Positions 10,028 to 19,502 of a stretch of DNA of 64,000 nucleotides are shown here, in pieces. The stretch's first letter is position 1. Each line of letters starts with the position of its first letter. The notes under the pieces were generated by a model that saw only the letters and a program-made list of their open reading frames with translations, searched no databases and was not told where the DNA came from. The DNA is from Candidatus Aminicenantes bacterium. Lineage in GTDB: Bacteria; Acidobacteriota; Aminicenantia; Aminicenantales; UBA8522. Position numbers and translations under genes: made by a program. The stretch lies in NCBI GenBank assembly GCA_963726335.1, contig CAVSCD010000011.1, positions 787,449 to 851,448 of the forward strand. Direction: 5' to 3'.

Positions 10028-11296
10028 ATGAAGATCCTGCTTGTGGGCTCGGGCGGGCGAGAGAACGCCCTGGCCTGGAAAATCTCTCAGAGTCCTCTCC
10101 TCTCGAAGCTCTATTGCGCCCCCGGGAACCCGGGCACGCAGACCGTGGCCGAGAACGTTCCCCTCGCCGATTCGGACATCGCCGGCCTGGCGGCTTTCGC
10201 CGCCGAGCGCGGCATCGACCTCACCGTCGTCGGCCCGGAGCTGCCCCTGACCCTGGGTATCGTGGACGAATTCGAGCGCCGCAACCTGCGGATCTTCGGG
10301 CCCAACAAGAAGGCCGCCGAGCTCGAGGGCAGCAAGGTGTTCGCCAAGCAGTTCATGGACCGGCACCGCATCCCCACGGGGCGCTTCAAGGTCGCCGAGT
10401 CCCCGTCCCAGGCCTTCCGCATCCTGAAGTCCGGCGAGTTCTCCTATCCGCTGGTCATCAAGGCCGACGGCCTCGCCGCCGGCAAGGGGGTCATCGTCTG
10501 CCCGGGCCCGCGTCAGGCGGAAGAGGCCGTGAATGCGATCATGGTGAACATGCAGTTCGGGCCGGCCGGCCAGCGCATCCTGATCGAGGAGCACCTCAAG
10601 GGGAAGGAGTTGTCGTTTATCGTGATCTCCGACGGGTCCAAGATGCAGCCCCTGGTGACGACGATGGACCACAAGGCGGTCTACGAGGGCGACCGGGGCC
10701 CGAACACGGGCGGCATGGGCGTCATCTCTCCCTCCCCGTTCATCACCCAGGCGCTGTTCTCCGAGATCGTCGGCACGATCGTTTTCCCGACGATCACCCG
10801 GATGCGCGAGGAGGGGCGGACCTTCAAGGGTGTGCTTTATGTCGGGCTGATGTTGACCGACGGCGGCCCCAAAGTGCTCGAGTATAACTGCCGGTTCGGC
10901 GACCCCGAGACCCAGGTTCAGATGATGCGGCTCGAGTCCGACCTGGTCGACTTGCTCCTGAACGCCGTGAACGAAAACGTTTTGAAGTCCGAGGTCCAGT
11001 GGAGCCCCAAGGCCGGCGGCTGCGTCGTCCTGGCTTCGGGGGGCTATCCCCAGGCCTATGAGAAAGGCAAGCCGATCAGCGGGCTGGAGGAGATATCCTC
11101 GATCCCCGGCATCACCGTCTTTCACGCCGGGACGAAGCTCGAAAACGGCGAATACACCACCAACGGCGGCCGGGTCCTTAACGTCTGCGCCTGCGAGCCG
11201 ACGCTGGCTGAGACCATGGAGAATATTTACAGCGCGATTTCCGGGATCACTTTCGACGGCATGCACTTCAGGCGCGATATCGGCCTGGTGCGATAG
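10028..11296 (+). CDS. purD: Phosphoribosylamine--glycine ligase
   Basis: MKILLVGSGGRENALAWK start and ATP-grasp motifs (LVIKADGLAAGKGV; EYNCRFGDPETQ) typical of PurD. Confidence 0.95.
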   Translation: MKILLVGSGGRENALAWKISQSPLLSKLYCAPGNPGTQTVAENVPLADSDIAGLAAFAAERGIDLTVVGPELPLTLGIVDEFERRNLRIFGPNKKAAELEGSKVFAKQFMDRHRIPTGRFKVAESPSQAFRILKSGEFSYPLVIKADGLAAGKGVIVCPGPRQAEEAVNAIMVNMQFGPAGQRILIEEHLKGKELSFIVISDGSKMQPLVTTMDHKAVYEGDRGPNTGGMGVISPSPFITQALFSEIVGTIVFPTITRMREEGRTFKGVLYVGLMLTDGGPKVLEYNCRFGDPETQVQMMRLESDLVDLLLNAVNENVLKSEVQWSPKAGGCVVLASGGYPQAYEKGKPISGLEEISSIPGITVFHAGTKLENGEYTTNGGRVLNVCACEPTLAETMENIYSAISGITFDGMHFRRDIGLVR

Positions 11297-11305
11297 GAGG
11301 ATGCG

Positions 11306-11797
11306 ATGGACGTGGCCATTTTTATCGGCAGCGAATCCGATCTCGAAGTCGTCCGGGACGCGCTGGCGCTTCTCGACCAGTTCGGCGTTTCGCACCGGCT
11401 CGAAGTGACTTCCGCGCACCGTTCGCCGGAGCGGACGCGCCGGCTGATCGAGGCTTCGGAGGAGAAGGGCGCGCGCATCTTTATCGCCGTGGCCGGCAAG
11501 GCGGCCCACCTGGCCGGGTTTGTCGCCGCCCACACCGTGGCGCCGGTCATCGGCGTCCCGGTCGAAAGCCCCGGTCTCGGCGGGCTGGACGCCCTGCTCT
11601 CGACTGTCCAGATGCCGAAGGGAATCCCGGTCGCGACGATGGGCCTGGGCCGGGCCGGCGGTTCGAACGCGGCCCTGCTGGCTGTCGAGATCCTGAGCCT
11701 GAAGAACCCGCGGCTGAAAAAGAAGCTCGAGGACTACCGGAAGTCCCTGGCCGCCCAGGTGGAGGACGCCTCGCGCAAGATCCATCCCCCGAAATGA
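11306..11797 (+). CDS. purE: 5-(carboxyamino)imidazole ribonucleotide mutase
   Basis: 163-aa PurE fold with AGKAAHLAG and GVPV motifs. Confidence 0.9.
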   Translation: MDVAIFIGSESDLEVVRDALALLDQFGVSHRLEVTSAHRSPERTRRLIEASEEKGARIFIAVAGKAAHLAGFVAAHTVAPVIGVPVESPGLGGLDALLSTVQMPKGIPVATMGLGRAGGSNAALLAVEILSLKNPRLKKKLEDYRKSLAAQVEDASRKIHPPK

Positions 11798-13044
11798 CAT
11801 CCTTCTCTATCCAGAACTTCGGCTGCCGCGTCAACCAGGCCGAGTCTTTTGCCTGGGCCGAGGCGTTCGAGCGCCGGGGGCTCATCCTCGAGCCGGACGC
11901 GACCCGGGCCGACCTTATCGTCATCAACTCCTGCACTCTGACGAGCCGGGCCGACCGGGACGTGCGCAAGTTCATCAGGCATGCCGCCCGTCTGAACCCG
12001 TTGGCCAGGCTGGTGGTCGCGGGCTGCTCGGTCGAGCGCGACCGGGAGGCGCTCGCGGCCATGCCCCAAGCCTGGATGGTGCTGTCGAACGGCGAAAAGC
12101 AGGACTTGCCGGAGAGGGTCGCGGCCGGCCTGCCCGCCGGCCCCGCGGCCGAGCCGGCCCCGCTGCGCTCGCGCGCGCTCCTCAAGGTCCAGGACGGCTG
12201 CGACCACCGCTGCACGTTCTGCGTCATCCCCAGTGTCAGGGGAAGGAGCCGGAGCTTCGACCCCGGCGAAATCGTCGAGCGGGCGCGGGACCTGACGCAC
12301 CGCGGGTTCAGGGAGATCGTTCTCTGCGGCATCCATCTGTCTTCCTACGGACGGGACCTCGAGCCGGCCGGCTCGCTCGCCGGGCTCCTGCGCGAGCTGA
12401 CGGTCGTCCCCGGCATCGGCCGGGTTCGGCTGAGCTCGCTCGACCCGCGCACCCTGGACGAGGAATTGATCGGGTTCATCACCGGGGATCCCGGGATGTG
12501 CCCGCATTTCCATCTTTCGCTCCAGCACGCGTCGGAGGACGTCCTCAAGCGGATGGGAAGAAACTCGACGGCCGCGGAATATGCCGGCGTTCTCGGAAAG
12601 CTGAGGACCTTCCGGCCGGATGCGGCCTTGGGAGCCGACATCATCGTCGGGTTCCCGGGCGAATCCGAGGTTGACTTCGAATACCTCCGTGATTTTCTCG
12701 AGACCTCGCCCCTGACCTATTTTCACGTCTTCGCCTTCTCGCCCCGGCCGGGAACGCCGGCGGCGGCTTGGCCGCAGGTCCCGGAGGCGGACAAGCGCCG
12801 GCGCTCCGCGGTCCTCAGGGAGCTGTCGGCGCGGAAGAGGCGGGAGTTCGAGACGGTCTTCATCGGCCGCGAGCTCGATGGCGTCGTGATCAAAAAGTCG
12901 GGCGACGCGGCCGTCGTCCTGACCGGGAACTATATCGACGTCCGCGTTCCGACGAACGGCGCGCGGCCCGGTTCGGGCGTCAGGATCAGGATCAACGAAG
13001 TGGTCCGGGGCAAGTTCCTGGGCGCGGTCACGGAGCGGGTTTGA
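11794..13044 (+). CDS. mtaB: Radical SAM methylthiotransferase of MiaB/MtaB/RimO family
   Basis: N-terminal MTTase domain (QNFGCRVNQAES), radical SAM CxxxCxxC (DGCDHRCTFCVIP), C-terminal TRAM-like region; overlaps purE stop. Confidence 0.8.
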   Translation: MTSFSIQNFGCRVNQAESFAWAEAFERRGLILEPDATRADLIVINSCTLTSRADRDVRKFIRHAARLNPLARLVVAGCSVERDREALAAMPQAWMVLSNGEKQDLPERVAAGLPAGPAAEPAPLRSRALLKVQDGCDHRCTFCVIPSVRGRSRSFDPGEIVERARDLTHRGFREIVLCGIHLSSYGRDLEPAGSLAGLLRELTVVPGIGRVRLSSLDPRTLDEELIGFITGDPGMCPHFHLSLQHASEDVLKRMGRNSTAAEYAGVLGKLRTFRPDAALGADIIVGFPGESEVDFEYLRDFLETSPLTYFHVFAFSPRPGTPAAAWPQVPEADKRRRSAVLRELSARKRREFETVFIGRELDGVVIKKSGDAAVVLTGNYIDVRVPTNGARPGSGVRIRINEVVRGKFLGAVTERV

Positions 13045-13046
13045 CG

Positions 13047-14780
13047 ATGGGCAGGATCCATGTTCTCCCTCCCGATGTGGCCCAAAAGATCGCCGCGGGC
13101 GAGGTGATCGAACGGCCGGTTTCGGTCGTCAAGGAGCTCGTCGAGAATTCTCTCGACGCCGGAGCCACCGATATCCGGGTCGAGCTCCAGGCCGGCGGGA
13201 AAAAGCTGATCAAGGTCCTCGATAACGGGGACGGCATGAACCCGGAAGATGCCGCTCTGTGCTTCGGCCGCCACGCCACGAGCAAGATCGCCGGCGAGGC
13301 CGATCTCGAGACGATCGGGACGCTCGGGTTCAGGGGGGAGGCCCTGGCCAGCATCGCCGCCGTCTCCGAACTCATCCTCCGGACATCGGACGGCGGCCCG
13401 GATTCGGGGATCCGGATCGAGCGCCGGGGGGGCGAGCTGGTATCCGTCCGGGCGGCGGCCTTCCCCAAGGGGACCAGCCTCGAAGTCGCCAACCTGTTCT
13501 TCAACCTTCCCGGGCGCCGGAAGTTCCTGCGGTCCGACCAGTCGGAGCTCGGCGTCATCACCCGCTACCTGGGCGGCGCGGCCCTGGCCTATCCCGGGGT
13601 CCGCTTTTCCCTGAGTCATTTTCAACGGGAGATATTGAACTGCCCCCCGGCCGAAAGCCTCCGGGACAGGATCTTCCAGCTCTATGGGAAGGAAATCCTG
13701 GGCAGGATCATGGAGATCGACCTGACGGAAGGTGGGAACCGGGTTTACGGCTACGGGTCGCTGCCGCCGGCCGGGCGGCGCGAGAAGACGCACCAGTTCT
13801 TTTTCGTCAATCGGCGGCCGGTCAAGGACCGGACGCTCCAAGCCGCCATCAACCAGGCGTACCGGGCATTCCTGGAGAAGGACCACTTTCCCGAGGCGTT
13901 TATTTTCCTGACCGTTCCCTACGGCGATGTCGACGTCAACGTCCATCCCGCGAAGTCCGAGGTCCGGTTCCGCGATACGCAGTTCGTCTTCTACCTGCTG
14001 CTCAGGGCCGTCGAAAAAGCCGCCCTGGACGTCAGGGGAGTCAAGGAGATCTACCCGACGGCGGCCGGGGAAGCACCGCAGTCCGCGGTCCGGGAGCCTG
14101 CCGGCGGCGGGTTCGGCGGCCGGTCGGCCAGCGCAGGGGCTGCCGGTGAAGGGCCAGGATCGCCACAGGCCGGCCTGTTTCCGGGGGCTGTGCGGCTCGA
14201 GGCGGGGCCGGCGGCGCTGCGCGTCCTGGGGCAGTACCTCGACACCTACGTGATCGCGGCCGGAGACGAAGGCCTCCTCGTCATCGACCAGCACAACGCC
14301 CACGAGCGCATCCTGTTCGAGGAATACCGTGAGCTCAACGCCGCCCGGCGTTGGCCCCAAAAAAACGCCCTCCTGCCGATCCTCCTCGACCTTTCGCCCT
14401 CGCAGGCCGTGAACCTGGAGGGCTGCCGGGAGGTCCTCGAGGGGGCCGGTTTCCGCATCGAGCCGATGGGGGAGAGGACCTTCGCGCTGACGGCCTTCCC
14501 GGACATTTTCAGCGCCGGGGAGGCTGAAGGCGCCTTCCTGGAGATCCTCGGGGCGATGGAGGAAGAAACCGACCCGGCGAAAAGGACGGACCGGCTGCTG
14601 GCCTCCCTGGCCTGCCGCTCGGCGGTCAAGGCCCATCAACCGCTTCCCAAAGAGCAGATGGAGTTCCTGGTCGAGCGGCTGTTCCGGACGGCCAACCCGG
14701 CCGTCTGCCCGCACGGGCGTCCCATCCTCGTCAAGATCGAGAAGGGACAGATCGAGAAAGGGTTAAAGCGGATAACCTAA
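13047..14780 (+). CDS. mutL: DNA mismatch repair protein MutL
   Basis: GHKL ATPase motifs (AAGEVIERPVSVVKELVENSLDAGAT; DNGDGM), C-terminal dimerisation domain; start set to ATG at 13047 with MGRIHVLPPDVAQKIAAGEV rather than the overlapping upstream GTG. Confidence 0.9.
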   Translation: MGRIHVLPPDVAQKIAAGEVIERPVSVVKELVENSLDAGATDIRVELQAGGKKLIKVLDNGDGMNPEDAALCFGRHATSKIAGEADLETIGTLGFRGEALASIAAVSELILRTSDGGPDSGIRIERRGGELVSVRAAAFPKGTSLEVANLFFNLPGRRKFLRSDQSELGVITRYLGGAALAYPGVRFSLSHFQREILNCPPAESLRDRIFQLYGKEILGRIMEIDLTEGGNRVYGYGSLPPAGRREKTHQFFFVNRRPVKDRTLQAAINQAYRAFLEKDHFPEAFIFLTVPYGDVDVNVHPAKSEVRFRDTQFVFYLLLRAVEKAALDVRGVKEIYPTAAGEAPQSAVREPAGGGFGGRSASAGAAGEGPGSPQAGLFPGAVRLEAGPAALRVLGQYLDTYVIAAGDEGLLVIDQHNAHERILFEEYRELNAARRWPQKNALLPILLDLSPSQAVNLEGCREVLEGAGFRIEPMGERTFALTAFPDIFSAGEAEGAFLEILGAMEEETDPAKRTDRLLASLACRSAVKAHQPLPKEQMEFLVERLFRTANPAVCPHGRPILVKIEKGQIEKGLKRIT

Positions 14781-15284
14781 AGGCCTCGGCATTAAGGGGC
14801 GCGGGCCCTGTCATGGCGCGTTCCTGTCCGTCGCTGCAATCCAGCGGGGTCGGACGGCGATGCGCCCCTATCCCCCGGCCCCCAGGAACCAGTCCCGTCG
14901 GTTCCCCGTCGACTCAGTCGACGGGCCCCCCTCCGGCCTTTCCTGAGACACTGACCTGCTTCCCTCCCTGTTATAGGGAGGGTAGAGGGTGGGTAATGTC
15001 TATATTCAAAGTCTGGGGAAGGGTCTCAGGCAAAAGGTACCAGGGGGCTTCGGGGCGCCATCCCCATCCGACCCCGCTTAGGTGTTCCGAGCGCGCAGGG
15101 ACCGGCGCCATGACACCCGTACTTTCTCAAATCCGTCCCCTGGCCTTCAGATATCCGGGGAAACGGGCGCGAAAAAGGATTATGCCCTCAGGGAGGGAGT
15201 CAACGGGAGAGGAGAGTGCCCTGGCCTATCTCGAACAGGTATGGAGTAGGAATGATATGGTGGGGTGGTCTGTCTTTTCGGGTT

Positions 15285-17111
15285 TCAATGATCCGGAAAG
15301 CCGACCCGGCGCACGAGATCCTGAAACCTCGGGTCGGAGCGAAGAGTCTCCAGCAGGGGATGGACTCTAAGAAACGGCATATTGACGGATCGCTCTTCGA
15401 ACGCCCTTTCCAACCAAGCGAAGGCCTTGTCCCGGTTCCCTGCCTGTGCGTTCATCAATGCCATAAGGAAGCTCTCCACGTGTCCTTGTGCGGACATATG
15501 CTCCCATGTATCGATCCACTCCAGGACTTCGGATCGCTTGCCGATCCGACAAAAAGGATAGGCAAGATATGTTTCGATCATTTGCTGTTTCCCGACCTCC
15601 ACTAATTCCCTCGCTTTTGCCGAGCAGACGGCGGCATCGCGGTCCAGGCCCTTTCGCGCATAGGCTCCGGCCAGAAGGGCGAGCTCGAGAGGCCGGTCTT
15701 GTTCCATTTCCAGGGCGATCTTAAAATGGGTGATCGATTCATCATAGCGCCCGGCCAGAAAGAAAATCCAACCCAAGTGTCTTTCGGACTCAAAGGCGAC
15801 AGGATCAAGCTCGTGCGCTTTAAGCGCCTCAATGATCGCTTCGTCGAGTCGGCCCGTGATCGCCAGCTCATAAGAGTAAGCTTCATGGACACCGGAGCTA
15901 TTTGGGCTGAGCTCGATGGCTCTCCGCAACTCCGCCTCAGAGCCGGAGAAGTCCCAGTCGAATCTCCATTTCACCACGCCCAACGCCAAATGGGCTCCGG
16001 CCAGACTGTTGTCCAATTCAATGGCCTTCATCGCCTCGGCCTTGGCCTCGGGAAACATCGCGCGGGGAGTGCCCAAGCCCCAAGTTGCCGAGGAGCAATA
16101 TTTCTCGGCCAGAGCGGCGTGGCTCGGGGCGTATTCCGGGTCCAATTGAATGGATCTTCTGAGATAGGCGATACTGTTTTCTATCGATTCATTGATCCAT
16201 ACCCCCTCTTGCAGCGCCCTCAGATAGAGTTCATAGGCCTCGATACTTTCCGTCCGGCGCTTCGATAGCTTAGCCTTTTCACCGGCCAGAAGGGTAATTC
16301 TGAGCTTATCCGCCACAGCCAGGGAGATTTCGTCTTGGATAGCGAAGACATCCTTCATATCGCTGTCGAATACCGCCGACCAAAGATGGAAGCCGTCCGC
16401 GATGTTGATGAGCTGGACTCGGGCCCTGAGCCTGGATCCGACTTTCTGGATGCTTCCTTCGAGCACCGTCGCCACCCCCAGCTTCTTACCGATATCACGA
16501 ATGTCCTGTTCCTTGCCCTTGAAGAAAAAGACCGATGTCCTCGCGGGAACTTTAAGCCCGCCGATATTGCTGAGCTGTCCTATGATCTCGTCGGTTATGC
16601 CATCGCAGAACCATTCTTGGTCTTTTTGGGGGCTCATATCAACGAAAGGCAGAACGGCGATCGAATTTTTCCATTGGGAGACCGGGATGGTCTCTGATTC
16701 CGGGCCTTTCAGGTGAAGGAGAAGGTTGATATCCAAGAGGACCGCGGTCAAGACAACCAGGGGTATTAGGAGCAGCTCCAGCTTGAACTTCCTCGGCTTC
16801 TCCCGGCCAGAAAACCAGCGCCAGAGCAACGTGCAGATAAGAACACACAGGAGAGTGACAAACGTGATGTCGATGGTTTTATCTGGAAAATGATAGTGCG
16901 CCACCAGAATCCGGTCGACAAATTCTATGATCAGCCAGCCGCCGCCGATGAAGGCCGCCAGCGTCTCGATAATCCGCCGCTTTCGGAGCTTATGGACAAA
17001 GCCCCGGAGCAAAGACCCCTTCTTGTCCTCGGAAGGTGCCGCGCCTTCGCCTGAAGAGCCCATTGTCTCACCTGCTTTCTGGCCGCTGCCTGATTGGGCA
17101 AAGGTTAACAA
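15285..17111 (-). CDS. Membrane-anchored TPR-repeat protein with TolB-N-like periplasmic domain
   Basis: One TM segment, then KNSIAVLPFVDMSP...FCDGITDEIIGQLS (TolB amino-terminal-like motif), then multiple TPR repeats. Confidence 0.6.
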   Translation of the reverse strand: MLTFAQSGSGQKAGETMGSSGEGAAPSEDKKGSLLRGFVHKLRKRRIIETLAAFIGGGWLIIEFVDRILVAHYHFPDKTIDITFVTLLCVLICTLLWRWFSGREKPRKFKLELLLIPLVVLTAVLLDINLLLHLKGPESETIPVSQWKNSIAVLPFVDMSPQKDQEWFCDGITDEIIGQLSNIGGLKVPARTSVFFFKGKEQDIRDIGKKLGVATVLEGSIQKVGSRLRARVQLINIADGFHLWSAVFDSDMKDVFAIQDEISLAVADKLRITLLAGEKAKLSKRRTESIEAYELYLRALQEGVWINESIENSIAYLRRSIQLDPEYAPSHAALAEKYCSSATWGLGTPRAMFPEAKAEAMKAIELDNSLAGAHLALGVVKWRFDWDFSGSEAELRRAIELSPNSSGVHEAYSYELAITGRLDEAIIEALKAHELDPVAFESERHLGWIFFLAGRYDESITHFKIALEMEQDRPLELALLAGAYARKGLDRDAAVCSAKARELVEVGKQQMIETYLAYPFCRIGKRSEVLEWIDTWEHMSAQGHVESFLMALMNAQAGNRDKAFAWLERAFEERSVNMPFLRVHPLLETLRSDPRFQDLVRRVGFPDH

Positions 17112-17518
17112 TAAAGGGGGAGCCGGTCAATGGGAGGTCTTACCTTGCCGTGCGATACTAACGGAGATACGAGCGCGGCCAGCCAGCAGGGCAAAGACGG
17201 GGGAGTAACCAAAAAGATTCCCGGATATTTTTGGCATACAGGTTGACTGTCCTTCGCTCGCTCTTTATACGAAAACCGTTATCACAAAGAGGTCGATACC
17301 TCCTCCTGAACCCGTCCATTTCGCCATCGCCCTGCGCTCTGGACGGCGGGCAACCCCTCCCCGCCATCAGGAAGCAAGCCTTTCCAATGCCCAGCCATGA
17401 TTGTGCTCAAGTGTGTGCTCAACGGATGCCTAAAACAGGGTAAAGGTGTACGGAATTGAGACAATTTTCGAGTGTCGGGAATGATGCCAAAATGGCGGAT
17501 TCTCGGGGAATACGAGAG

Positions 17519-17592
17519 CGCGCCTGGAGGGACTCGAACCCCCGACCCGCTGCTTAGAAGGCAGCTGCTCTGTCCACCTGAGCTACAGGCGC
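17519..17592 (-). tRNA. tRNA-Arg (anticodon TCT)
   Basis: Minus-strand cloverleaf GCGCCTG...CAGGCGC-G; anticodon stem GCTGC/GCAGC with loop CTTCTAA; T-loop GGTTCGAGTCC. Confidence 0.85.
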
Positions 17593-17622
17593 GTGCATAG
17601 CCGGCCCGCCCGGGAGGAGTGA

Positions 17623-17697
17623 TCGGGGAGATCGGATTCGAACCGACGACCTCCTGCTCCCAAGGCAGGCGCGCTAACCAGGCTGCGCCACTCCCCG
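17623..17697 (-). tRNA. tRNA-Pro (anticodon TGG)
   Basis: Minus-strand cloverleaf CGGGGAG...CTCCCCG-A; anticodon stem CCTGC/GCAGG with loop CTTGGGA; T-loop GGTTCGAATCC. Confidence 0.85.
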
Positions 17698-17788
17698 CCG
17701 GCAAACCGAACGCAGAGAGATTAGCAGACCCCCCCCCGCGTTGTCAATTTGAGGGGGCCGGATGGCGATGCATCCCGGGAGAGGCGGG

Positions 17789-18907
17789 CTACTTCTTGAA
17801 GGCCTTCATGACCTCGTCGGCGATCCGGCTGATCAAGGCCTCGTCCCCGTTATCCGGACGCCTGTCCGGCGTCCCTTCCCCCAGCCTCGGACAGGGCTTT
17901 GTCCCCTGGAGGCGGCACGGCCCGGCCCCGCTGTCGCAGGCGCCCGGGCAGACCGTGATGCTGGTCAGGCTGTCCGGCATGTCCGACAGGGTGCATTCCC
18001 GGCCGCTGAGGCGAGGATCGGGCAGGTCGAGCTTCCTCTTGACGTCGAGCAGGGCCTCGAACTTGTCCCGGGGAATGGTCTTGATGGGGGCGCCCAGCTG
18101 CGAGGCGATGATGAGCGTCTGGCAGTAGGTGTCGATGACCTCGATGCACCATTCGGCATGGGTGACCGTATCGGCCCAGCAGACGACGCCGTGGTTCCCG
18201 AGGAGAATGGTGTTGTGATCGCCCACGAGCTCGACGACCTTCCGGGCGATCTCGATCGTGCCCGGCGTGCCGTACGGCGCGAACGCGGCGCAGCCTACAA
18301 AGACCTCGGCCTCGGGGATGACGCGCTCGGGGGGGACCATCCCGGTGATGGCGTAGGCCGTGGCGTGCGGCGGGTGGGCGTGAATGCAGGCGCGGGCCTT
18401 GGGCTGGGCCTTATAAATCTCGAGATGGAGGATGACCTCGCTCGTCCGCTTCCGGCGGCCCGCGACCTGGTTCCCCTCGAAGTCGACCAGGCAGAGGTCG
18501 TCGGGCGTCAGGTCCGCCTTGCTGAGGAGAGTCGGCGTGCACAGCACGTACTTCTCCCCGATCCGGCAGGAGATGTTGCCGCCGTTGCCGTCGACGTAGG
18601 AACGCATCCAGAGCTTATGCCCGGCGGCGACGATCTCGTCCTTGAGGGCCTTCGCCTCGGCGGAGGAAAAGACGGCCTCGGGAGATCCCGGTGAGGTGAA
18701 AGAGGAACCCGCCGGTCCCGCGCCGCCCGCCGGGCTCGGACGGCCCTCACGGACGATGGTCAGGCCGGCGATCGCCGCGGTGTCGCAGGCGATGGAGGTG
18801 ACGACCGCGTCGCCGTCGGCCACGATCTCCGTGTAGCCGTCGCGGGCCGCTTGGCCGACGATCTGGCCCGAGATGACGTTGGTGCCGCGCAAGTGGAGCT
18901 GTTTCAT
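17789..18907 (-). CDS. Class II (fuculose/rhamnulose-phosphate type) aldolase with N- and C-terminal extensions resembling BMC encapsulation peptides
   Basis: Aldolase core GNGGNISCRIG and zinc ligands ACIHAHPPHATAYA; about 80-aa N-terminal extension with G/P/S linker; C-terminal Cys-rich tail ending in amphipathic DEALISRIADEVMKAFKK. Confidence 0.8.
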   Translation of the reverse strand: MKQLHLRGTNVISGQIVGQAARDGYTEIVADGDAVVTSIACDTAAIAGLTIVREGRPSPAGGAGPAGSSFTSPGSPEAVFSSAEAKALKDEIVAAGHKLWMRSYVDGNGGNISCRIGEKYVLCTPTLLSKADLTPDDLCLVDFEGNQVAGRRKRTSEVILHLEIYKAQPKARACIHAHPPHATAYAITGMVPPERVIPEAEVFVGCAAFAPYGTPGTIEIARKVVELVGDHNTILLGNHGVVCWADTVTHAEWCIEVIDTYCQTLIIASQLGAPIKTIPRDKFEALLDVKRKLDLPDPRLSGRECTLSDMPDSLTSITVCPGACDSGAGPCRLQGTKPCPRLGEGTPDRRPDNGDEALISRIADEVMKAFKK

Positions 18908-18911
18908 GATT

Positions 18912-19205
18912 TTAATCCGTTGGTCGATATGTCACCGCGTCGATGATGCCGCTGACGTAGGCGTCGACCGGCGCGCCGGCCGGAAGCCAGGGGTTCGAGG
19001 CTTCCCGCCCCTCCTCGAAGCAGACCGTCTGCCCGGTTCCCGCCCCCAGGTGATCGGCGGCGACGACCTCCCGGCCGCCGCCCCGCGAGTTCCCGGCCTT
19101 CAGGTTGTCCGCCGTCACCGGCTCGACGATCAGGTAGCGGGTGCCTTCCATGACGGCGAGTCCCCGGCTCAAGACCACGGTGCCCTTGACGATGCCCAGC
19201 CTCAT
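18912..19205 (-). CDS. BMC vertex protein (BMC-P, EutN/PduN/CcmL family)
   Basis: 97 aa, MRLGIVKGTVVLSRG... typical EutN/CcmL fold sequence. Confidence 0.85.
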   Translation of the reverse strand: MRLGIVKGTVVLSRGLAVMEGTRYLIVEPVTADNLKAGNSRGGGREVVAADHLGAGTGQTVCFEEGREASNPWLPAGAPVDAYVSGIIDAVTYRPTD

Positions 19206-19489
19206 CCGCGTTCTCCGGAGCCCGGTGGCGTCCGGCCGTCGACGATTCCCACGGCCGTCAGGCGCGCCGGCGCCGTCTTGTAGCCCGTGAGCGTTCGGAC
19301 GAGGTCGCCGTCCGTCGAGACCAGGACGAGGTCCCCCAGGCCGGCGCCGACGGCGTCGAGGACCACGATCGGCTCGCCGGTCCGCGAGCCGTCGGGCTCC
19401 GAGCGCCGGGCGACGAGGAGTTTTCGGCCCCGGAGGCTCTCGTGGCTGACCGTCGCCACCGCCGTGCCCTCGATTTTCGCCAGGTACAT
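19202..19489 (-). CDS. BMC vertex protein (BMC-P), second paralog
   Basis: 95 aa, MYLAKIEGTAVATVSHESLRGRKLLVA... EutN/PduN-like; 4-nt overlap with next gene. Confidence 0.85.
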   Translation of the reverse strand: MYLAKIEGTAVATVSHESLRGRKLLVARRSEPDGSRTGEPIVVLDAVGAGLGDLVLVSTDGDLVRTLTGYKTAPARLTAVGIVDGRTPPGSGERG

Positions 19490-19502
19490 GGATCTCTATT
19501 CC

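Noticed and set aside
9890-11800. 636-aa ORF antisense to purD/purE
   Set aside because: Arg/Gly/Asp-rich, no domain-like sequence; overlaps two strongly supported genes
12930-14714. 594-aa ORF antisense to mutL, and the long GTG-initiated 670-aa version of mutL starting at 12768
   Set aside because: Antisense frame is compositional artefact; the N-terminal extension overlaps mtaB and is P/R/G-rich, while the ATG at 13047 gives the canonical MutL N-terminus
14813-15370. 185-aa ORF in the mutL/TPR intergenic region
   Set aside because: Pro/Arg/Gly/Ser-rich, no hydrophobic core pattern; region better explained as non-coding with hairpins
17762-18694. 310-aa ORF antisense to the BMC aldolase; similar antisense ORFs across 19.7-26.0 kb (for example 23488-24708, 24680-26008)
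   Set aside because: All are G/R/D/P-rich mirror frames of well-supported BMC genes
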